A stretch of DNA of 64,000 bases from Lama guanicoe (lineage: Eukaryota): contig MU054187.1 in NCBI GenBank assembly GCA_013239625.1, positions 18,282,711-18,346,710 of the forward strand, in the 5' to 3' direction. Of the stretch, positions 37,997-50,198 are shown in pieces. The notes beneath the pieces are model-generated. The model did not search any database, was not told where the DNA came from, and saw only the letters and a program-made list of their open reading frames with translations. The translations under genes were made by a program, and so were the position numbers. Positions within the stretch are counted from its first letter, which is position 1. Each line of letters opens with the position of its first letter.

Positions 37997-40239
37997 TTTT
38001 GGCACAAGTTCCAAGGGACAGTGTTGCCTGAACCTGCACCATTCCAACACACGTAGGTCTTCTAGACACAGAGCCAGGCTAGTTAAAGTAAAAACTGCTG
38101 TTTTGAGGCTACCAGAAATCTCAGACACCAAAAGAAATTCAATGCCCTAGTGCCCTTTTCGCATCTTGGATCCTTTTTGATAGATGCCTCCCTGCCTTGA
38201 CCCATCCTCGATGCCAAGAAAGCTCAGCCTTAGGTAGCTTCACTCCAGGGGTTGGGATGGGAAGTGGCGCCTAAGTGGTGATTCCTCCCTCCCTGTCTGC
38301 TTCTTGCTCCCAGTGTAGCGCATGGCTTTCTTTGGTACTAGAAATCACCAGATTCTCCCTCTGAGCTATTTCCCAGCCAGAAATGCTGTTCCCTCCAGGA
38401 TAAGGGCCAGAAGCTTGCCCCTGTCCTCAAGGTCTCACTCCCTGTCCTTCAAGTTGGTTCATCCAAGATCAGAACCCTCTCCAGAATCTCTGGATATCTT
38501 CCTGTAACCATTTCTAAGCCTTGATGGCATTTTTTTCTCTTTTTCCATTGGTCCTAGTTTGTATTAGAGAGCTTTTCCTTAGAGAGCTAAATCTTTAATT
38601 TTCCACAATTGGATGACTAAGAAAAGCCAAAGGTATTAAAAATGGAGGGCACTCAGAAATCTCAAGGACTTTATACATAGAGACAGAAATTAGGTGTGAA
38701 TATATATGTACCAGCTATTTGATTATAGGAATCTGTCCCATTGAGATGCTCTGGATTAACAGAAATGAAATTATTTCAAATAGTTCATTCCGATGTTGTA
38801 TTTTCCACTGGCTTTATCATGATGTATTTTTAGAATCATGTAGTCACTAAGAATATGCTCCATTCATGGTCTTATGATTTGAATGGAAACTCTGCATTTA
38901 TAATAATTTTATTTTATTAAGATGTTTATCAAGAATCAGTCAATATATTAAACACTTCTATGTTGGGTAGTTACAAAGTAAAATGAAGATGGTCCCTCCC
39001 CTAAAGACTGAATTCTCTAACAGGGAGCACAGAACAAATCCCATAGTGTGTTTGCGTGTACGTGTGTAGATATACATACACACACACACACGTAGATTCA
39101 TATTCATACATATGTGGTATCAAAACACAAAGCTCAAAGATTATAAATCCTATATTAAATTTTCTAAACCCAAAAATGCTTTTTGTTTTAAACTTCGTGG
39201 TTGGAAAATGTTTCTATATTGTGTAACATACTGATCACAATTTCAATTCTTAATCAAGTGAAGTTCTTTAAGCATTTGATAAATATTTCTACATATGTAT
39301 TTATTGTATTTGATGAATTACTGTTGCTATAGATACTTTCAAACGGAGGAAATTAAGTTACTAATTCTAATACTAATACTAATGTCAGTTCCCATACATA
39401 CACAGGAAATTGCTGTAAAAACGTGTGTCAGCTTCAGTTGGTGTTAGTTATAGCTCTCTTCTCATAGTAAACCTCACTGAACCTATTCAGAATTAGAGCC
39501 CTTTAAGACTGTGCTGCCGACAGATACAAACAACTAACTACAATAGTAAAGAGCATGTTGCACTCAAGGCAATTTAAGTTCTCACCAAAACACTGGCATC
39601 TTACAGGTCACAGGTATAGGAATAGGTCATAGGTTGACAAATAGAGATGCTATGACTTAATTAGAATACAAAGTCAGTAACTGAGCTGAAACTGAAACTT
39701 AAGAGGTGAAAATTCAACACCACGGTTCAGGATGTTGCTGATTCAAAGGAAATTATTAAAAGAAAACGAAGAACATACAGATGATCAAAATTAAATGGGC
39801 TTTCTCATTATATTCCCTGAGTTAACTAATTACTGACTTTGGTAAAAATTCATGCACCCTGACAATAAATTATCAACAATTACACAGTTAAACAATTGAA
39901 TTGACCTAGAAATTGGCCACGTGGCTAAAAGACATTTACAAATGCAATCATCTAGCATTGCGGCACCCAGGAAAAATGTTTTTTGGGAACCCTTTAAAAT
40001 CAGTATTCCTTCACATTTCTGCTCTTATTAAAATTTTCAAGGCAAAAATCATTATATGGATTATGTCCTGGTGGTAGGGTTTTAATTAGAAGAAAATATA
40101 ACTAATTAACAGAAAGTGCCAACTTAAGAAATCATTAATTGATTTTTTTCTAATGAGTTCTGCTCACTTAATTAGCACTCATTGGAAAAACTGTTAACTC
40201 TGTTTAAAGAGCCTTCAGCAAATGTGTATATTTCAATAA

Positions 40240-40745
40240 CCACCTAAGTAAGGACATGCATATAACCAAAACCCAACTCAACTAGCTAAAGCAGAAAGAG
40301 GGTATGTAACTGAAAAGTCTTGGAGTGGTTGCAGCTTCAAAAGCAACTTGATCCAGGAGACTGGTATTGTCAGAAAACTTTCTTTTAGATCTTTCTTTTC
40401 TTTCCACATCTAACTGGTTTCAGTACCAGGGAATTTTATTTTCAAGCAGTCAGTCCGAAATTATTTTTCTCACCAGTTAGCAATTCCAGCAGAAAAAGAG
40501 CTTCTTTTTCCTCAGAGTTTTAACAGAAGTCCTGAAATTGAGACCCAGTGACCTATCCTGGGTCACATGCCCAACCCTGGGCCATTGTGGCCAAGGGAAT
40601 GCAGTACTTTGATTGGCTAGCATGGATCACATGACCACCACTAACCTGCAGAGGCGTTGAGGTGAGATCCCTGGGGAGGGACGTGTGGAGGAATAGAGTC
40701 CCCAAAGAAAACTGAGGTGTCCTTACCAGAAGACGGGGAACGTTA
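40240..40745. mobile_element. MaLR (MLT1-like) LTR remnant
   Basis: AAACCCAACTCAACTAGCTAAAGC...GGGTCACATGCCCAACCCTG..CCA..GTGGCCAAGGGAATG..TGATTGGC pattern. Confidence 0.6.
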
Positions 40746-40920
40746 AAGATACCTACAATTTTTATCTGTAAATGTTTACTGTTACTATAACAATTAGAAT
40801 AATTATTTAGCTCATACATTATTCGATTTGTAATTCTCTTTTTTCAACCTGTCAATATCCCGCATGGTTATTTTCATACAAATAGAAAGAAAACAAGCAA
40901 TCAATGCAACTTTATAGAAT

Positions 40921-41046
40921 AGCACTAATAGAAATATAATGTGAGCCACATACGTATTTGTAATTTTTCAGCAGTCTTATTTAATATAATAAACAGAAAC
41001 ATGAAAATAGCCATATGTGGCTAGTGGCTACTGAGCTGGACAGCAA
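40921..41046 (+). mobile_element. Internally deleted MER33-like element
   Basis: AATAGAAATATAATGTGAGCCACATA...AATAGCCATATGTGGCTAGTGGCTAC..CTGGACAGCA: both ends present. Confidence 0.7.
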
Positions 41047-41774
41047 AGATACAGATAATTAAACCAGAAAACTTCTAGTCATCAATGGGGGGTGATTCTG
41101 TCAAACTTTTTCCAATTGGTACCAGATAATTATTCAGATTCAACTTTGTTTTCTTACGTAGTTTCTAAGAAATTACATTGACATAGAAACTCAGAAAGTT
41201 AGAAAGAAACTTCCATGCTATGATTTCAATCTTTACATCATCAGAACCAACCTGAGTGACGTTTAAGACCTACTGTAAGTAGTAGGATCTAAATCCCACA
41301 CATCCTCCTTGGCTACCTATGGGAGCCCAGGGTCTCAGTTTACAGTCAGCCCCTCACTGTGGGGAGGGGGCTTCTCCAAGCCCAGCCTATATCTGTTATT
41401 CTCTCTCATGGTACTCAGGTTGATCTTTCCTCTGTAGTAATTAGCCCAATTGGCAAAGATATATTTATTTGCATATTTATTTACCCCTGTATACCCCATT
41501 AGAGTATGAACTCCATGAAAGTAAAGAGTGTGTCTTTTGTTTAATAGCGCCTGGCAATAGTTAGAACTAAAAATATTTTAAAATAAGTAAATCAATGATG
41601 ACTTGCAGGGCCAAATGTTAAAAGAGCAATATGTAACTTGGTTTGACTTTTTATTTCGTCCTCCTATCCTAAAACAAAATTTTAGTCAGTAAGTTTCCAA
41701 ATGACATCTTCTGAAATTGGGCTAAATAAAGTCTACAGTCCAAAGAATTCTTAGCCTGGGGAAAAGCACTCAAT

Positions 41775-42590
41775 TGACAGATACTTATTGAGCACCTACT
41801 ATTTGACAGGCACTGTTCTAGCCACTAGTGATATTTCATCAACTCTATATTACAGTTGGGGAGAAATAGCTAATAAATAAATAGATAACATGTCATATGG
41901 TACTAAATAAAGCAGGACAAAGAATTGTCAGTACTGGGATGAAAGGTCCTATTCGTATGGGGTGGTCAGAAAAGGCCTCTTGAATATGAGAACATTTGAA
42001 AGAAGACATAAAGATAGTGAGGGAAAACAAACAAACAAAAAAGGCAGAAAGGTAAGGAGTGAGTGTTGCAGCTCTTCCCTGGGGGGTAGAATTTGAAGTA
42101 AAGAGAAGAGCAAGTGCAAAGGCCCTGAGGTAGGAGTATGCTAGGATTGTTTGAGAAATAACACAGAGGGCAGTATGACTGAAGCAGAAGGAGCAAGGAG
42201 AGACTGGTAGGAATCGAGGTCAGAAAGTAGCATGATTAAGGACTTGACTTTGACTTCCACTGAAAAAGGAAGTCATTTCACTACTTGTGAATCACAGCAT
42301 CTTTTCAGAGAAGTATCTTCTTTAAAAAGCTGGGTGAATAGAAAAATAAATAGTGTTAATCAAATAGAGAAGACACGAATGTGTTCTAGATGTAGAACTC
42401 AAAGGATACTCAAAGGTGAGAATACAGAAAGTGTGGTTTCAAAGCAGGGGGTAGACCAGTAGTTTGAGCCAGTGGGTTTGGGTAGGAAGTTGCAGAGTAG
42501 CGAGGTGAGCTTGTGGAGGGCCTCGAATGCCAGACTAGGTGGCAATGCAAACTCCATTTTATCTAAGAAATAAGGAGTCACTAAAGGCTT
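41775..42590 (-). mobile_element. LINE-2 3' fragment(s)
   Basis: TACTTATTGAGCACCTACTATTTGACAGGCACTGTTCTAG and AGCAAGTGCAAAGGCCCTGAGGTAGGA are typical antisense L2 3' sequence. Confidence 0.7.
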
Positions 42591-42915
42591 TCAAAAATAC
42601 ACAGATGTCCAACCCAGACCAGCGACCAGCAACATTCTTATTGCCATGGTTTCACACCCTTTCCTATAAGATACAAGTTTTTCAAGATTCTGCCTATCAA
42701 ACATGCTACATCTAAATAAGTACTAATAAATTCCTTTTGTCTTGGTTATAATCAAAACAATCCATAACTGCCAGTTAATATTTTTGATTATCATAAAATA
42801 AGCATTTTCTCACTAAATGGACATAATTCTAACTCAGAGTAAATGTAAAGAGAGACATGACACAGAGGCGAAATATGATTTCTGATTGGGCTTTTAAAAC
42901 AAAAAGGCGATGAAT

Positions 42916-42942
42916 CCCCCCTCCCCCTCCCCCTCCCCCTCC
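42916..42942 (+). repeat. (CCCCCT)4 tract
   Basis: Read directly. Confidence 0.9.
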
Positions 42943-43419
42943 ATCAGTTCGTTTGAAAGGCCTGCTTCCGGGAGTTTAGGACCACATCTGGCAACAGTGA
43001 TCTAGGCTGTGTTGCTAGAGCTTTCTGGATTTATAGCTGGAGGGCTGCCACTGAGGCATCTCCACGTGGGCTCGAGTGCACTTCGTGTTGAATGTTTTGG
43101 CAGTTTCCCCAGTTCCTCACTCCACCTGTTGAAACTAGTGCAGCTCTGGCCTTCTGGTCAGTCCATTAAACGCTCCTTCCTCAGGGTCCTTTGAACCAGA
43201 ATTAATGCTCCATTGATTAGTCAGTAGAAGGGGTTTTTAGTAGAAAAGGAATAAGCCATTTTCCGATTTTTTCTTCCTTCTTTGATTATCTCTGAGAATC
43301 AGTATTCATCTCTATAAGATCACATTCCCTCATGAGGTCAGCTTGAAGCTCATTATCTGAAATTAAAGTTTCCATACTGCAGCTCGCCCACGAGGATGAA
43401 ATGACATGAACACCTTAGT

Positions 43420-43455
43420 CATCCATCTGTCCATCTATCCATCCATCCATCCATT
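43420..43455 (+). repeat. Imperfect (CCAT)n tetranucleotide repeat
   Basis: Read directly. Confidence 0.85.
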
Positions 43456-43654
43456 TATTTATTCAACAAACATTAATTTAGTGAGAGGCAGCAGAACTAA
43501 ATTAACCATACATCCCAGTTGGCCCAGGGCAACTCCAGCTTTTCCTGCTGTTTTGAAATCATTATTATCTCAATCTCATAAGCATCCCAGATTGGACAAG
43601 AAATTACATGGTTATCATCAGCCAAGCACAGTGCTTAAGAGCTTCTTTAAAAGC

Positions 43655-43885
43655 ATAGTGATTAAGAACACGTGGGAAAGAGAATGCCTGTGATCAAAGT
43701 CCGGTTCCACCATTTAATAGTTGTGTGACCTTGGGCCAGTCACTAATCTCTCTATGTCTTATTCTATGCATCTGTAAAATGAGCCCAACAATAGATCCTA
43801 CACCCTGGAGTTATTGCTAGAATTAAAAGAGTCACTCCACATGCAGACGTCTCACAAGCACTCTGAAAACGTCAGCTATTATTGT
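43655..43885 (+). mobile_element. MIR SINE
   Basis: TGTGTGACCTTGGGCCAGTCACT...CATCTGTAAAATG core. Confidence 0.8.
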
Positions 43886-44686
43886 GTCAAAACACATCCA
43901 GTTCCCAGCTTCACGGAAATAATGATCTAGCAAACACGGGATTTTATAGTTTCCCATTAACACAGACACTGAAATGTTACCGTATATTTCATAAATATTT
44001 TTAAATATTCTAAAGTATTACCTATAAAATTACAAAGAAGGACAGTTTAATGATTAACAGATATATAGTGTTCAGCCCAACTAAACATGGCTTGAAAAAA
44101 ATTAATATTATTAAAAACTGATGAAAACTTAAGGAATTGGATGACATTGATAAAATCTCACCCTCAAATAGATTAAATTAAAAAGAATGTTACTCAGACC
44201 GCTCCAGTAAGCTATAACTGGCCTACTGGCGATACTGGCACTCCAAACTCCGAAGGAAAGTTGTGTTGCTTTTGCTTGTTTTTAATAATACGGCCTCAAA
44301 GTGGATCATTAGTCACCAAACTTGCTAGACTTATTTTATCCGTTTGTTGGCCTCTCACATTGTAGATGGTAATTAAAGTCGAATCCAGGGAAAGAGGGGG
44401 TGGCTTGTATTGCAATGGATTATGAACTAAAGTCCTAGCTTATTCACAATTCAACATTCAGGGAGCGTTCTCCTCCTTGGAGAACGTGACACGTCATCCA
44501 CAGTTCAACACAGGTGAATCACCCCTGTGATTCTTTTCCTAGGAGTTAACCACAGTGAATGCATTACAGACTCTTGAAGAAGAGCTCATTCTAAAAGTCT
44601 TTGGATTTTAGTCATTTAAAATGTCTTATTATGTTTCTGACTCTTCAACACAAAGTGAATATTGAGCCCTTTTGTTTCACACAAGT

Positions 44687-44786
44687 AAATTTTAATTTTA
44701 ATTAAATTAATTTTAATAATAACATTAATAATTTTACACAATTATATTTAATTTAATAATAAATTAATCTAAATAAATAAATTTAA
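44687..44786. repeat. AT-rich low-complexity tract
   Basis: About 100 nt almost entirely A/T. Confidence 0.85.
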
Positions 44787-46093
44787 CAAGCCTTTATTTG
44801 TGACTTTAGCTGGGTTCCTAATGTTTTTTTTTTTTCATTGTTAACAGTAAATCCAAAAATTAGAGACACACCATCTAACCTACCACCATAAAAGCACTTC
44901 TGTAACAGGAAATCTAGCATCTGATAAACGGTTCTGGAAGGCAAGTAATATATCAAAATGATAAAAGGGACAAGAAAATAAAGAGGTAGAAATGTCTTTA
45001 CTTCAGAACACGTAGAAATAGAAAGTAGCACTATTTAAAATACCGTCTTAAATCTCCAATGTGTACACAGAGTGAAGTGAGCTTTATATACCGCTTAACT
45101 CAAATTTATCTTCCATTTTATTTATACAGTAATTAAACTCTTACACTCAGTAATATAAGAAATGGTAATGAACCTCTTTGGAAAATGACCCAGTTAAAGT
45201 GCTCCTCAACGTACAATAACTCTTCTCACCATCTCATTATTTTTCCCTTCACACATCTCTCATGTAATTACTGCAGTAATAACTGAGTTCAGTGTGAGGA
45301 AGTTTATGCCTTGAATAGGTGTTCACCACTAATACGGCTCTGCTGTCATGATAGCAAGATGGAGACGGTCCCTTCGTCTCCCAGAATGTCACGTTGGATG
45401 TCTTGGTTCTATAAATACTTTGCCTTGACATTTGCATTACACCAGCTGATCATTATCATGCCCTTATTTTCTATTTCAATATTTCAGTGACCTTCAATAT
45501 TAAGTATGCACTATTCAGAAATGTTCCTCCAGGGTCAGATCCTTTCCCCTTCAACAATTTATCTTTAACAATCTTTGGCTAATCCCACCTCTCCAGCCTC
45601 CGTATCAGTCAGTGCTATCAAGATTCTTTTTGGCTAATCTTCCCAAGCAAGGAACAAAGTAAAAATACCTATTTGACCATGTAGCAAAAACTTTACTTCT
45701 GCTGGTCTGAAGGAAAATGCTTCCACTTTTGTATATTACACATTTTCACTCCACACCCACTTACTCCACGTCATGTTTGAGAGCAGTTCTCGGGGCCAGA
45801 TGCTTATTTGCTCATGCATAGAAATATTAGAATCAGAACCAGTGATGCTATGACTGGGAGACGAAGCTTCATTCATGGGAGAATCAATTTCTCCCCAGGA
45901 ATAAAGGTACAGAGGTTAGAGACAGTGGCATCTGGATGCTAGGCTGTGTCGGAAGGAAGAAGAATTAGGATTTTCTGCAGCAATGGAGTTCCAGAGACTT
46001 TAGGGACTTTGGCAAACGCCCTCATGGCTATTAGCTCCACAGAAGAATTTAAGATTGGAGACCTTGTGAGGGAGAATCAGAATAGGGAGGCAG

Positions 46094-46274
46094 GGGTGAG
46101 GGAATAGCTCAAAGTGGTAGAGCATGTGCTTCGCATGCCTGAGGTCCTGGGTTCAATTCCCAGAACCTGCTCTAAAAATAAGGGAATAAGCAAACCCAAT
46201 TATCCCACCAAGAATAATTTTTTTAAAAAGTAAATAAATAAATAAACCCAATTACCCACGCTGCCCCCCCCCAA
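46094..46274 (+). mobile_element. tRNA-derived SINE (camelid Vic-1 type) with duplicated tail and perfect 13-bp TSD
   Basis: AATAGGGAGGCAG at 46081-46093 and 46275-46287; AAACCCAATTA unit occurs twice in the tail. Confidence 0.92.
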
Positions 46275-48177
46275 AATAGGGAGGCAGACATACTTTCTTG
46301 GTGAGGAATTCTTTCCATAATTAAGTTCTCACCCTGTATTTTTTTCCCATGGGCTTGAGCTTTGAATACTTGAAACATATATAATATTATTATATTATGT
46401 AATAATTAAATATATATTAATTATTATGTTTTATTATTACATAACGCACTGGCTGTGGCAACAGTGGCTGTAACATTCCCTTCCGGTGTGAAGGAAAGAT
46501 TCCACGGAAGTGAGCGGCCCTGAAGGGCAGCCTGGCCCCATCTGGCAGATCTTTGTCATTTAGCGGGGGCCTCACGTGAAAACGCTCTGCCTTCTGTTTC
46601 TGTGTCACCCCGCTAATTGTGCTAAAGAAAGGCAGTTGACACCTAGGCTGGGTAATCTCATTTAGCCCCAACGGCTACGAAAGTACTAACTCCATTAATC
46701 GAGGCCTTTCAAACTGGGCCAGACGCCACATCCACTCAATGCAGAAGGCCTCACTCTGTTACCAATCCCGGCCCTGTGGGAGCGTTTGTTCACACAGACC
46801 AAACGTGTCCCATCAAGTCAAGAGATTTGAAAAGGAGTGTGTTGCTCTAATACCCTTTTAATGCCAAGGCCTTCGCTGCTCAATCCTGTGTCCCTGCTGT
46901 CTCCTGACTGTCTTTGGCTCTTTAACGAAAGAAAATGAAGAATGCAAATATAAACATTAAGTTACAACACAATTTAACAAAGTGCCAAAATTAATTTCAG
47001 CATCTGAAAATTTAAAATGACGTAGTTGATAACTCTCGGTGGTAACTCCCTATGTGAGAAATGACCACAAAAAGAAAAAAAATTCCAGGTAGCTCCTACC
47101 CAGGGCATCGTGGGCTGCACTGATCTATGGGAGGAGAAGGAGAGGCCAGGACTTGCTAACACACTGAGCAGAAAGTTCACATACGGCTGCCTCCAGCAGC
47201 TTTGGCTGATGGACGGTGTTGTACGGAGGAACGCCATCAGAAAGCACTGCTACAGCGGAGTTGGAAAAGTGAAATTTAGTTTTGCTTTATTTTAATCGTT
47301 TTGCTTTGGGTCTGCTTAAGATCCTCCAGCTTCTCTCCTGCTGGCTGGTCTGGCTGTGGAGAGCTCTAAGCTAAAAATTTGTCTCCAGTGATGTAGGTCA
47401 GCGTGGTGGCTGAAAGCAAGTAACAATATGCAAATTACTGCTGCTTGTGCTGTGTGAGGGAAAGAAAGTAACTGCTTTTTTAAAAAAAATTTGGTGTTTG
47501 CTAAATTTTTTTTAAAAAAAAAAAAAAAAAAAGCTGGTTTTCTGCAGCTGGCCCCATGGTTTTCTAGACATTGCAGGAGAAACCGAGGGCCCTCCTCTTA
47601 ACCCTTAATTCTTGGATACATCGCACCCTTTTTGCTTTTTGGTGATAACCCGGACTTCTCTCCCTCTAGAACGTTTTCTGGGCTGGAAGTTACATAGATT
47701 GAATTGAATTTGCTGAAATGAAAGATTGAAGTCGTTGCCTCTTCTTTGTGGTGCTCACTTACCTGCGAAAACTCCTGTCAATACAGCCTCATTCCATAGA
47801 CGTGTGCTGGCCCAGAGGGGGTTAGAGAAGGGCTGTCATCAACCATGAGGACCCCTGAACCCACTGCCTGTCAATATGCAAAGGAATGGGAACATATATC
47901 CTGCACTCATGAGATTGATAACCAAGAGTCTATATTTGAGTTTAGTTGTACCAGGAGGTCCAGTTTCCATCATCTCCTCATCACAAATGTTTTGAGTTTT
48001 ACTTTCAATAATAATGGCTGCTGTTGGCTCAGTACGAACTTACTCCATGTTAGACACTGTGCTGAGTACCTGGCCAACATTGTTTCATTTGAGGCTGACA
48101 AACAATCCTATGAGATAGATACTATCTTTTTCCATCTGCCAAAAAGATAATTTCATGAGGACTTTTCTCAGAGAAAC

Positions 48178-48180
<3 letters not shown>

Positions 48181-48218
<38 letters not shown>
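48181..48218 (+). repeat. (AC)19 perfect microsatellite in intron 3
   Basis: Read directly. Confidence 0.97.
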
Positions 48219-48223
<5 letters not shown>

Positions 48224-50006
48224 AGGCAGTCTCTGCTTCCCTGTCACAGTTCAGTAGTCCTGGTGGCAGTAGAAATGCAGAATCAATGTAGAATGCTTTA
48301 CCAATAGCCCCACCTAGAGGCAGGAGGCTGAACAAGCTAGAAAATATTTTTCCATGTTTCTTCCCAAAAGGCTCCACTTGAGTTTGAACTGACTTTGTGT
48401 TAATGTTTTGTTGTTTTTTTTTTTAATCATCTTTCATATTCTTTTTTTGCAAGCTGTCACAAAGCAGGAATGAAAGGGGTCTACTGAAGATGTCAGTGAA
48501 ACCATTAGGGGGTTAAAACAAGAAGTGGGGCTGGTTCCCAGAATGACCTGCTTAATCTCCAATGAATCACTAGACATATTCCTGATAAACTTCAGAATAA
48601 ACATGTCAACAGAGACTCTTAAGGCTGCCTGATTTTACCATTCCTGTAGGACTTTATCTGAAGAGAATTTTCTTCCCATCAGACTTCATATTGTTTATAC
48701 ATCAAGATCTCTCCAATCAGGCACCACGACCACCACCATCAACTAAAATGTTTTCCTATTAATGCTTTTAATGAAAATCAATGCTTAGCCTGTGGAATGC
48801 TTTTTTAATCTACCATTGTTTAGATATTTACATTTACAACTACTCCCGTGAAGGCTGACGTCAGAGACCAGCTGATCCCAGGGAATTACCCAGGAAAGAT
48901 GGGTGTGTAATAATTTAGCCTTAAATCTGGATAGTTCAGTATTGGGTAAGACTTCTCTTGGCTGCATAACTGTGAAGGAGAAAATGAATGTGGAATGATG
49001 TTAACACCTCCAGGGTCAGTAACACAGTTAGGACTTAAACACAGGCCTGACACCAAAGCCCATGCCGCTATATTTTTTCAAAACATAGACTATGAACTGC
49101 CTGCATTACAATTACTAGGGATGCTTATCAAAAATAGAGATTTCGGGGTCTCACCAAAGAACCACAGAATCTCTGGAGGTGGATATTGGCCTTAGTATAT
49201 ATTTATCGAGTGCCCAATGATTGTTAATGCACATTGTACAGGACCAGACAGCCTCCCAGTGCTGCAGGAGAATTACAGTGCACAAAACATGGGGGGAGTG
49301 CAGGAGTGGGGTGCTCAGGACTCTGATGTTTCTGCTGTAATCACTGAGCAATTACAGAGTTTCAGAGATGACCCAGGTGGCCTCGGCATATTCACGATGG
49401 GGCCAGAAAAGGACTTTCTGTTGTCTGTGGCCACATGGATGTGAAGTTTGCACTGTTCACAAGTCTCCATAGAGAATTTGGTGCATGGGGAGAGAAAAGG
49501 GTGGAGGTGGGTGTGGAATAAAATGAGAAAGTGAATTTGACGATTTGATTGGGGGAAGTCAAAAGGCTCATTGCAGGGCCCAGCCTAGGGCTGATCAAAA
49601 AACAATGAGGCCGGAAAAAGGAAGGGAACTTGCCCCAGTCCTCACCTGTTTTCCTCGGGCTTCTATGGTTGTTGCCGTCCGGTAGTTAATTACAGCATTC
49701 CCTGTTGTATAAATGCTTAGCAGCAACCTATTAAAACAAAAACAAAAACTCTTCCATGAGGGTTAAACATTTCTTCTTCTAAAACAGTCTATCCAAAATA
49801 CTCACAGCTGACAATTCAGCTAACCAGTTCACTCACCATATTCTATAGGAAGCTCCAAGGCCAGCGGATGAGGAGGGAACTGACCACAGCGCTCAGGGCT
49901 AGAAGTACCATTTATTTGAAAAGAACTCGCTCTCCAATCCGTGGACCATTACTCCTCCAGGCTTGCATTCGGGTGTTTCTGAGATGGGTATGTTTTTCTT
50001 CCCCAG

Positions 50007-50198
50007 TCTCAGGAGGCCCAGGTGCTGAAGCAGTTGGCAGAGAAGAGGGAACACGAGCGAGAAGTCCTCCAGAAGGCTCTGGAGGAGAACAACAACTTCA
50101 GCAAAATGGCGGAGGAGAAGCTGATCCTGAAAATGGAACAAATTAAGGAAAACCGTGAGGCTAATCTAGCTGCTATCATTGAACGTCTGCAGGAAAAG
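50007..50198 (+). CDS. STMN2: Stathmin-2 exon 4 ([64 protein letters not shown]; tubulin-binding helix)
   Basis: ORF 50022..50219; acceptor tttttcttccccag, donor GTAAT at 50199; 192 nt, phase 0. Confidence 0.99.

Noticed and set aside
50007..50012. Tandem alternative acceptor (CAG 6 nt into exon 4; also CAG|GAG at exon 5)
   Set aside because: The first AG after the pyrimidine tract gives the known protein; nothing in the sequence supports use of the downstream AG.
50009..50029. TTCAGCACC REST left half-site on the minus strand in exon 4
   Set aside because: The right half does not match GGACAGCGCC, and the sequence is explained by the VLK codons.
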